Shown here piece after piece: positions 1 to 10,530 of a stretch of DNA of 64,000 bases (within the stretch, counting starts at the first letter, position 1; each line of letters begins with the position of its first letter). The position numbers were made by a program, and so were the translations under genes. Under the pieces are notes generated by a model. It made no database searches and was not told the origin of the DNA. It saw only the letters and a program-made list of their open reading frames with translations. Source of the DNA: Daphnia carinata (lineage: Eukaryota); assembly GCF_022539665.2 (NCBI RefSeq), contig NC_081334.1, positions 434,001 to 498,000 on the forward strand. The letters are read 5' to 3'.

Positions 1-2126
1 ATGTTATTTTTATTATTTTCTATCGTTTAACAAAGATCGTAATCGTTTTAAGATACATTTAAAACATTTAAATCCCTTAGCTTTTCTGCGATTTTTTGGG
101 ATGAATGAACCGTGCACGAGACAAATTTAATTTAAAAACCCGGCTAGTTTTTATTATTTATTTATTTTTTTAAACATTATTATTATTTTTTTAAATTTGT
201 ATTTCTTTCATCTAGTGGGCTTATTTTTTCAAAAATTTATGAGTTGTGTCATGGAAATAAATCAGGAAGCTTTCAAAACGTATACCCTTATTAGATACCC
301 CTTCTGTTACACAATTTACCCTTTTTATTCATATTTCTTGAGCTTTAGAGAATAAAAATATTTTCCCCTATTTTAAGATTCATGTAAATAATATAGTTCT
401 TTACTGTTTTATCAATGTTTAGTTAATTAATCATTTTAAAGTAACAAAATTTGTTGAAAAGTAGCACTGCGTTCTGCATCGAGATTTGAACTGGCAATTT
501 CCTGTATAAAGGAGATGTGTGTAACACGAAGCTTTGGGGTGGGTTGAGCTAGTGGTGCCATCCACGGCCTATGGAGGTGTCACGACGTGACAGTAACAAG
601 CCGTGATTGTCCCCAATACCCCTGTGGTCATGCTGCTAATACGTAAGCAACCTTCTAATAAGGCCTATAAAGATCCACTCAAGTAAGTCAAGTGAGGTAA
701 AATCCAAAAAATGGGTTTCTTACCTACCAATATTGGTAGGTAGGACACCCATTTTTGGGATTTTTTTTTAATTTTTCATCGGCTGCTCCGATGATACATC
801 CTAGGCCATTTCATCCATATATCCAATAATAAAAATCAAACGTTATGTTAGCTGGCTTTACAAGAACGTGTCATCAACGAAATGTGTGCATTCCGATTCG
901 AATGGCCCAATAGTAATAGATAAGAAACTTGGATGGAATATCACCGATGCACACATCAAAAATGATCAAATACAATCAATGAAAAAGAAAGTTGGAAAAC
1001 AGTGGAAAAATTGATTGACAGAGGCCGACCAAAATTTTTGAGGTCAAAATTTTTTTTTTTCATTTCATTCTGCTATATTGAATTACAAAAGGAAAGATAA
1101 ATGGATTTTAACCATATCAACTAACTACACACATCTATACACTAATTTGCTTTGCAAATAAAAAACGTAGGCAAATTAATAAAATAATTATTTGAAACAA
1201 AACGAGATTATTGTTGTTTGAAAAACAATTAAAATCATCAAAAGATGAATTAGTTCCCATAAAGCACACCGATATCTTTTTTAAATATTTTTATACATCC
1301 TTATGGAACTATTAGGATGCCTTTCATTTGTCTCAAATCCTATAATGATTACTTAAAACGACTAGCAGGTGTTGATGACCGGCAGGAACTGCTGTGAAAA
1401 ACATGGATTTTATGGTCATTAATGCTGATATTTACGTTCAATAGGACAACTTTTTTACACCAGCTAAGCAGACATTAAAAAAAAATTCAAAAGATTCTAT
1501 TCGGCCATGCGTCTCCCGTATCGCAGTCGAATAGTTTTCACCTTAGTAATATTTATTGACTACAGATATTAATTTTAGACCAACAAACGGTTCTGCAGAA
1601 AAAAATTTAAATATAAATTTCATCGTTTGGAAATAAATTTGTTTTAATAAATATGGCGCTAATAGGACGACATATTGAGGGATTCATCCACTGGAATCCC
1701 ACACCATAAGCTTAGTATCTTCTACTTAACTTACCGTTACATAACGTAAAAGCAATTTTAAATTATTTTTTAAAACGGTCTTAATAACTAATACTAACAA
1801 AGTTCAACTTTAACGAATCACTTTTAATTGTGGTACCCTAGAATTTAGAAAAAAAAGGATAAAAACAAGACGTCTTATGCAAGACACAATTTATTGTCAA
1901 AAAAGAATGTGGCTTATACCGTTGTTTAGAGGCTCAATGCTGGACGTCCTAGTAGTACCGTTTTAGGACGAGTCACTCAACTTGCTCCTCTACTTAGCTA
2001 ACCATACTTTCGTTTTCTGAAGGTGGGCATTCGACTTTGATCGCCGTTATAGCCACCGAAGAACCTGTTTTTTTCCTTCTTCTATATCTTTGCTTCTTTC
2101 TACCGTGCAGTATGAGTTTCTTAGCG

Positions 2127-4046
2127 TCAAATGACAACACCGGAATCCCCATTGACCGTCTTTCCAATATGAACCCCAAACCTAAATAAGTGATTACAAC
2201 CGTTAGACAGGATTATCACACGTAATTTTATTAATAGACTTACTGACTGATGGTTATTAAAATATATGTCTTCTTCATAGCGAGAGCTTATTACTGCTTT
2301 ATCAGCACCTTTGATGATTTTCCCAGTTCGGGAGTACTCAGCATATTGCTCAGTTTGGGCAAGCAAAAGTGCTTTTGGTGGAAATCGTAAATGTTCTTTA
2401 CCTCCGTAGCGTTCAAGAATATTCTCCTGAATAGAGCTTTTAATGTCTTCCTTTTTACCAACATATGCGACTTTGAGTTTTTCGGCCTTGGTTGGTTCAG
2501 CTAACAAGTGAACATCGACTCCGGCGTGTTGAGCTTCCCATGCAAACATCTGAGCTTGAGCATGTTTTGACGTGTCTCCACTGAAGCGAATAAAATTCTC
2601 TCCTGCATAGTCAACCTGTTCTGCTTCTTTGCTCGTATCTGAAAAATCAAAATAAATTCTAGCAAAAATCACTGAATCTAAGAATTATATTGATTCTACC
2701 TTTGTAGGGGTTTTCCCTCATAGAACGAGTCTTGGGATCATAATACGCAGAATTTGGATCCAGATTTCGCAGGTATTTTGCGGGTCTTCGCGGATCGAGC
2801 AAAAGAGAAGTTACAAGGGAGACTGAATGGGGTGGGGGGGAGAGAAGGAGCAAGAGGGTGGACAGAACAAGGCGAAGTGCGGAAAACATATATTTCTTAT
2901 ATTATATTTTAAGACGCGATAGTTGTTCAATAAACAAAGATTTTGAAAAATGAACTTTATTTAACGGGATATTAGCATTAGATAAATACTAACATAATCC
3001 GAAATCAGATTGCTACCGAATAAATAATCAAAGATTAACTAGCGTAGATACGCTAGCATTGTTTCATCTCGGCAAACCTTATAGAAAGTCACGGTTTCAG
3101 CAACCTTTGTACATTCCAACTTCCACGGAATAGGGGGTTGGAAATATAATTTGGAAACAAGTGTAAAGTGTTTAGGAACATGGAAATTGACTGGAGAAAA
3201 AGGCCCAGTCTCATGGAGAAAAAGGCCCACTTTTGAATGTGGACAAAAGTGGGCCTTTTTCGTATGGGCTTTTTTCGTATGGGGCTTTTTCGTGGGCCTT
3301 TTTTGTCTGGGCCTTTTTCTCCGACCTCCATTTATCTTCATCACCATCCATTTCTTCTTCACCCCCATCATCTTCATCTCCAGTATTCAGCCGTTGAGCC
3401 TTAAGTTGTCTTTTAGTGTCCCCAACATTCTCAAATTCTTCTATAATGCTCAAATGTTCAGTTGGATTATAAGCATTCCAACGATCATGTTTTCCATCGT
3501 AGTCTAATTTTAATTCAGGTTGAATAAACTCATCTGGGGCTAGTACAGTTCCAGAGTATTTCACCAAAACTTTTCTAGGTCTCTCTACACAACCTTTTTT
3601 CTTGTGTGCAACTGCCCCACAGTTTTCTCAAGCTGCTTTCCGAAATTTGGTTGTCAAGGAATTAAGGTTAACACCCCGCTGGAACCAATCACCAACTCTA
3701 GCCAACTGTTTCTGTCTCTCTTCTTCTTGTGGCGTCTGATGTTTTAATGTTGGCCCAATGGTATTATAATACCATGGCACAGAAGATATATATTGTGGAA
3801 CATGTGGGTTTATGTCTTTGCCTGTTGGAGGTAATAATTTGTAGTGCAGGTTGAAAAATACAACGGACAAGCTAATTAGTTACCTTCTTCATCTACTGCA
3901 GCTGGAGCAGTTCCTGCTTTCCTAGCTTCCTCGAGTTCTTTTGCTTTCCTCCAGTCTTCCCTTGTCTTTTTAGGGGGTTCATTACCAATTGCTTAAGATT
4001 TGCTAGCGATCAGCAAAGAAATTGGTAAATTTAGCGTAGAAACCAT
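2127..4046 (-). pseudogene. SLU7: Pre-mRNA splicing factor SLU7, intron-containing pseudogene copy
   Basis: Exon translations include [94 protein letters not shown] and [13 protein letters not shown]. There is an in-frame TAA at 3995-3993 and a TGA at 3630-3628 replacing the first Cys of the zinc knuckle. Foreign DNA at about 2798-3329 replaces roughly 30 codons. Confidence 0.9.
2798..3329 (-). mobile_element. One-ended TIR DNA transposon fragment inside SLU7, related to the ends of element E
   Basis: On the minus strand it begins GGAGGTCGGAGAAAAAGGCCC, followed by tandem then inverted GAAAAAGGCCC units (3190-3329). This is the same layout as the GGAGAAATAGGACC arrays at the ends of element E. 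No second end or TSD was found. Confidence 0.6.
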
Positions 4047-4702
4047 TACGAGAAGAAACGAATTTTATGGCGAAATTATGATGTGACGAGTGTTAACGAA
4101 TTACTTGTTCTATCGACGCAAACTGTAGACGAAAATACACTGCCGTCGTCTACAACGCTCTGATAGTTTAGATTTCAAATTTGTTTACTACTGATATCAG
4201 GTGGCCATCGCAATTAATAATATTTTTGTGCATCAAATTAACAATTATAAACATCACAATAAAAAATATAAGACTGTTATGCAAAATATTTCGGAAATCT
4301 CGTTTAAAAAACATCTAAATTTTTTTTTCAAATTTCAAAAATAGTGGAAAAATGATTGGTTTTCTGCGCTTCCCTTGTGCAATTGTTGCTTAACTTAGTG
4401 GTGTCACCAATCCAATAAGGAAATCAGTGAACGCAGCATTCATGTTTAGCCAAACGCACCAAAAGATAGCCATAATGATCTGCAACGGTACGCTCAGCGT
4501 GCCAAGTGCTTACAGAGTGTTACAATTGTATAACTTCCTATTTTAGCCTTTTTAGGAACGAAGAGAATGATAATTTTTTGTTTGCAAGCTATTTAATTCG
4601 GCTTGATTAATTGTACACTGATAAAACATAAACGGAAAAGGTATATCCATTATTTAATTTAAGTCTACCTTTTAAGCTTGTCTGGCAGAAGTAATGGGTC
4701 AT

Positions 4703-5350
4703 TTAAAGCGACATTTCTTCTTCTAACATGAAACCATTAAAGTGCAGGAAATTTTTGATACCCCACAGATATCCGTTGGTTGGCAAGGTATAGGCTTGTA
4801 TCCAGATTTGGTCACCTTTGGCCAATCGCAGCTTCGATTGCATCGAAAAGGTTTCGAATTGTTCGCTAGGAGCAATCTCGTCGGCGAACGCAGATGCGAT
4901 GGGTAAACCATTCATGTACATGAAAAGGCCGCAAATGAGTCTGGATGGAGATCCACCCGGAAAATAGGCCATTCCAGAGAAAGAGAAAAAAACATTTGCC
5001 TGCATTTGGAGCCGTGTACTTGCCACTTGTCTTATCACAGCCTCCTCCCACGTTCAGTCTATTATTTGTCTACAACAAACTGATTGTAAGTCTTACCTGC
5101 ATCTCTCATTGGCAGGCAGAAATTGCAGTGAACCATTTCGGCCGATTTTGCCCCGATGATGGAATAGACTCCGCTTAGGGTGTGACCTCTGTCCTTCAGA
5201 TCCGCACAAGATCGTGGCATTCTGATTGGCATCTGTCTCAGTGTGCCACCGGTAGATTCTAGAATTGGTTTTGCAGCGCTTTCGCTACCTCTCTACAGCG
5301 CAGTAACTTGAGCTTCAACTTGATTTAAATGAGCTTGCAAAGCGTCCTGT
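4703..5350 (-). pseudogene. C1q/TNF-like domain gene, frameshifted or partial
   Basis: An exon reads MPRSCADLKDRGHTLSGVYSIIGAKSAEMVHCNF with a donor near 5096. The C1q C-terminal part reads NVGGGCDKTSGKYTAPNAGKC/FFSFSG...LRLAKGDQIWIQ...HFNGFMLEEE, with a frameshift in the T-run near 4990. The 5' boundary is uncertain. Confidence 0.7.
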
Positions 5351-6517
5351 ATATATTTTTAGCGAGCCATGATTCAAACTAGGACTTGTTATGCAGACTA
5401 TGTTCTGGAATCAAATTGGAAGTTGCGGACACGGCCGTCGTCGTTTTATAGAGCTCCAACTCGTTCAATTCATCGATTCTAGCTCGTTGTCCATGTTTTT
5501 AATGCCTGTCGACTTTCCGCGGCGTGATTCTTGTCGTAACTGTGGCGTACCTGTAGAAAGCTTGTTTTTTAATCCGCTGTCATCGCTTTCCGATCTTTCC
5601 GTAAATCCACAGGGAGTTCGAGACCACTGTTTCAATAATCCGGGTTGTGGGTTTGTGTTTGTGCAGTTTTTGTCAATATTAAAAGAACTTATCATGAAAC
5701 TGTCGAGTAAGCTTCCGCCACTAACGCTAGTACGGAGTTCTAGAAAATATCATCACCTGGTGGCCCTAATGGCAAAGATGATGTTCACTATGGCGAGAGC
5801 CGATATGCATAGGAAAACAAAAATCTCGAAGTTTAACGGTATATTCAATAATGACGACACATAAATAGTTTATTAATTAAGCCGATGCAAGGAAGGAAGG
5901 AAATATAGATTGCAGGTAAATTTGGTTGATTTTTGCCATCTCTGGATTCATTAAAAGTTTTGAAGCAACCTTTTTTTTCCCACTTCATGTGTACTATTAT
6001 AGTTCCAAATAGTCATCCCATTTGTTCGGGACAGTCCCATTGTAGCCATCAGCTGTTAACGAACAGGGAAGTTGCAACATAAATTAAATTAACGCGATCC
6101 ACAACTTTTTAAAGCTCTTTTATTGTTGACTGAAGGTTTGCGTTTCTTTTGGCACAATTACGTAACAATGATTGTCATCTATTCGTCTGGTGTTCCCAAG
6201 GCGATACTTTGAACTGTGCGAGGCAAATGACGTTGCTGTTGTGCGCATGTGTACAGCGCACATACAAAACCCATTCAAGTGCGTGTGTGTTCAGTAAGCG
6301 GTTTGCATGACATTGGTCGACTGGCCGATATCTTCTTCAAGTAAATCAAACCAGTAAACTGAAATTGGAAATTGTCTTATCTGGCAATATACGGTAACAT
6401 GCTTTTTGGCATAATTATTATAACGATGTCATCACCGACGTTGATTTCAAACGCTACTTGCCAATGTTTTGGCGAAGTAACCATACAGGAAGCAGGAAAA
6501 GTTGAATCTTTGCTTGA

Positions 6518-6873
6518 TTAGCTCTGGACAAGAGCTGTTTGGTCAAGGAGTTTTAGGATTTCGTCCTTGTCGTGTATTCTATTATTTTTGCGTAACAAAA
6601 GTAGTGCATCGTCGCCCTGCGATATGATACGAATTCCATGATGAATTAAGAGTTGGACGGTGTCTTGTAAATTTGAGCTTGAACTGTTTCGACATAAATA
6701 ATGGAGTGCATTCCGTTCCTTGTTGTCTTTTGCGTTCACGTCAATTCCTAGGTGGATTAGCAGTTTAATTGCGTCGATTAAACTTGACCTTGAATTGTTA
6801 GAGCACAAGTGAAGAAGCGCATTCCGCCCAGCTTTGTCCCTTGCGTTCACGTCGACCCCAATTGGATTAAAAG
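6518..6873 (-). pseudogene. 3' ankyrin-repeat end of the kinase-ankyrin gene split by element A
   Basis: Ankyrin repeats GRNALLHLC..GIDVNAKD..ERNALHYLC. They join the repeats at 40642 onward across the AAAAG TSD, with an extra 1-bp frameshift near 6857. Confidence 0.85.
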
Positions 6874-7138
6874 TGTTGGGGCGTTGGAATCCCTAGAACT
6901 AATGTTAGTCACTGGGGAATAGAATTACAGTTTATTGCATGTGGCAATAAGACTTAATGGGAAAATCGAGGCGACGACTCTTGGGGGACGTAACTAATAC
7001 GTTGCCTCCGATATCTATAAAAAACCCCATAGTCCAAGCCCGGAGTCAGTTAGTAACTTAGATCTTCTCGAAGTGTTTGTAAGTCTAATTATTCATTTGT
7101 GTCAGTGAAATAAAAGTCCTTTAACCACGGTCACAACA
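6874..7138 (+). repeat. 5' LTR of element A
   Basis: Direct repeat of 40377-40641; contains TATAAA and AATAAA. Confidence 0.97.
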
Positions 7139-7203
7139 TTTGGCGACGAGGTGTACTCAACTAGCGTAGTTACAAGTGAAACTGACGAGTGAAGAAAATA
7201 GTG

Positions 7204-9803
7204 ATGGCGCTTTCAAAAGAGGATTTATCGCAGTTTTTACTAGCTCAGCAGCAACTCTTTGCAGAACAACAACATAAGTTGTTGGAAGAAGCAAGAGCAG
7301 ATTCGGCTAGGAGAGAAGAGCTTCTATTGAGAAGTCTGAGCCAGCTTCATACGAAGATGGAGGATGAAACCGAAACTGCATCGGATTTGATTTTATCGGC
7401 GTTATCAAAGCGAATTCCGGAATTCACGTTCGAACCTGAAAATGGTTGCACATTCGATGTGTGGTACCAGCGTTTCGAAGACGTGATGTCGCAAGAGGGT
7501 TCGAAACTGAAGCAGGAAGCTCAGTCTAGATTTTTGATAACAAAGCTCGATGCAGCCTGTTACGGGCGATTGGTAGATAAAATCTTACCAAAAAAGCCAG
7601 CAGAATTTAAAAGAGGCAGTCGAGATCCTGGAAAAGATGTTTGGACAGAAAATGACTACGTTCAGAAAAAGGTACGACTGTTTCAAAGTAGACCTAATCA
7701 AACCGACCACGCAAGATTACGCTACATTTTCTACACTGGTAAATCGCAAGTGCGAAAGGGCCCAATTGAATCAGATGTCAGACGATGACTTTAAGTGTTT
7801 AGTCTTTGTTTCGGGTCTCCAATCTCCAGAAGACGCAGAGATGAGAACACGTCTTTTACGGAAACTGGAACAAACAGATAGAGTGACACTAGACGAATTA
7901 GTGGCGGAATGTGAACTGATTTGGGGTTAAAAAAAGACGCGAAGCTGATCGAACAATCAACATCGCAGGTCCAAGCCATAAAGAAAAACCAAAAACCAAA
8001 AACGTCGTTCCAAAGAGGTCCAAAGAATGAGACCCAATTTTAAAAGAAGAAAGCGGGGGAATGCTTTGTCTGCGGCGGGGAACATTTTGCACGAGATTGC
8101 CCCGAAACTACTAAGCCAACGAAGGGCAAAAAGTTTCAACATAAGGTTCATTTTAACACCAATAGAAAACAAACCAATGCGGTTACGGGTTCTAAGAACT
8201 TAAACGGGCGCAAATATGTCCAGCTATTAATTGAACAGGTGCCGATTAGAATCCAAATCGACACTGGATCGGACATAACTATGATTAACGGTGAATCCTG
8301 GAGGAAACTCGGAAAACCAGATTTGCAAGAGACTCAAGACGACGTTCGGAACGTATCAGGAGTGCCTTTAAAAACGTACGGCCGATTCGCAACGGAATTT
8401 TCAGTGGAAAGTTTCACGGGACACGGATTCTGTTATGTCACAGATAACATTCAGCTAATGGGAATTGACTGGATTGAACAATTACCACCCTTTCGAGACA
8501 CGTTTAAGACGATTTGCTGTAAAGTGGTACGGAACTATACCCATGAGGAGGTAGTAAACCACCTACGGAAAAGGTATAAAGAAGTCTTTAAATCAGGTTT
8601 AGGCCGATGTACAAAAATGGAAGCCAAGTTGGTATTGAAATCTGACGCTCAACCCATTTTCAGAAATAAAAAACCAGTGCCTTTTGCCACTCTATCAAAA
8701 GTAGATAGTGAGATAGATCGTTTAGTGAAGGAAGGAGTAATTTACCCGGTGGATTATAGTGATTGGGCAGCACCAGTGGTAGTAGCACAAAAAGCGAATG
8801 GAAAGATCAGACTCTGTGCTGATTTCTCAACAGGTCTGAACGACCAACTTCAGCTACACCAACACCCACTACCGACAGCAGAAGAAATTTTCGCAAGACT
8901 GAACGGTGGGGAGTGGTTCGCCCATATCGACTTTTCGGATGCCTACAATCAGCTAATGGTCGACGAAGAATCTCAAGAGCTCCTAACAATTAACACGCAT
9001 CGCGGTTTATATCGTTTCAAGCGGTTAGCCTTTGGAGTAAAATCAGCACCCGGCATTTTTCAGAAAGTGATGGACGCAACTATTGCGGACCTGGAGGATG
9101 TTGCTGCCTTCTTGGACGACCTAATCGTTAAGGGCCGGACGCAAGATGAATTGATTCACAATCTGGAATTGGTATTTGAACGGCTACAGAAGTTTGGATT
9201 CAGAGTACGTCTGGATAAATGCATCTTCATGATGCCGAAAATTAAATACCTGGGGTTCGTCATCGATAAAGATGGAAGACGTCCGGATTCTACGAAGGTT
9301 GAAGCTATCGAAAAAATGCCGCCACCGCAAGACATAAATCAAGTGAGGTCTTTTCTTGGAATGATCAATTATTATGGAGCGTTCGTATCGGGAATGAGAG
9401 AAATTAGAGCCCCACTGGATGCACTATTAAAGAAAGATGCAAAATTTGTCTGGACACCACAGTGTCAAAAAATCGTTCGAGCGAGCGAAATTTTGTCGTC
9501 AGATTTACTTTTGACGCATTTCAATCCGAAGTTGGATGTTATAGTCGCAGCAGATGCTTCAGATTACGGTATCGGTGCAGTAATTCTTCATCGTTTCGCT
9601 GACGGAAAACAAAAGGCCATAGCGCATGCAAGTCGCGCTCTTACCGCAGTAGAGAAAAACTACGGTCAAATAGAAAAAGAAGGTCTGGCCCTTGTTTTTG
9701 GCGTGCGAAAATTTCATCGATATATTCATGGTCGGAAGTTTACACTCCAGACAGACCACAAACCCCTGTTGTCTATATTTGGAAGTAAGAAAGGAATACC
9801 TAT
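7204..9803 (+). pseudogene. Element A gag-protease-RT-RNase H, frameshifted and cut by element B
   Basis: Gag FTFEPENGCTFDVWYQRFED, knuckle CFVCGGEHFARDC, protease IDTGSD, RT IRLCADF..FLDD, RNase H AADASDYGIGAV..EKEGLA..TDHKPL. Frameshifts near 7610 and 7925. Confidence 0.92.
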
Positions 9804-10496
9804 TGTAAAGAAGCAAATAAATGTTTTTATTTGATATGCCTTCCCGTTTATTCTTTATGTATGACTCATGTGTTACGCCATATAAACTGCGCAGTAGTGT
9901 ATTATATTACATCGGCACCTTGCCGCTTAGCAACATTTGTGATTGGCTGCTTAGGCGTTGATCTGTATTGCACCATCAACTTAATATATCAAATTTCATT
10001 AGTTGCGACATGTAATTGCGCAGTTGTTAATTGCTGTGCAATATGCGAGGTTTCGTGGTGAACCAAGATCTGAGTAAGTTCAGTTGTCGATGAGCCTCTG
10101 ACTCTTACAGGCGGAGTTCAAGTTCAGCTAGTGCTCCCCATTGATAAATTTGTGCAAGTGAATTGAGCTGTGTCACGTGCTTGTCTGAGTGTTCGGTTCA
10201 CCCATATTGTTTACCCACGTGCCGACGAACTCCTGTTAACGCCGCCTTCTCTTATATCCTCGCCCGTGCTCCGCTCAAGCCACCGCGGTAAGCTTATACT
10301 ACAGTATCATATTACACTCCGACTTCTCTTTCTTTAGTCTGACTCCTTTTGTCTTATCCCAAACTGACTTCTGTACCGCTTAGCCCTACTTGGATAAATA
10401 TAAATCATCGTGTGGGTAAATCGCCTCCGAGTTCGATTCATTTCAATTTGTCTTAATTCCGTAAAGTACATCTTCTCACAGAGAAGATGCTTTACA
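9804..10496 (+). repeat. 5' LTR of element B
   Basis: TGTAAAG...TTTACA; direct repeat of 26061-26754. Confidence 0.97.
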
Positions 10497-10530
10497 TAAT
10501 GGTGGCAGCGATTTCTCGGACTCACCCACA

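Noticed and set aside
465..535. B-box-like GTTCAAATC on the minus strand, suggesting a tRNA or SINE
   Set aside because: No cloverleaf or A-box could be built; too degenerate to call.
3039..3507. Lys-rich and Phe-rich ORFs overlapping SLU7
   Set aside because: They are translations of the GAAAAAGGCCC repeat array.
9831..10061. Identical 76-aa Cys-rich ORFs at 9831 and 26088, and identical 61-aa ORFs at 15601 and 20508
   Set aside because: They are incidental frames inside duplicated LTRs, with non-ATG starts.
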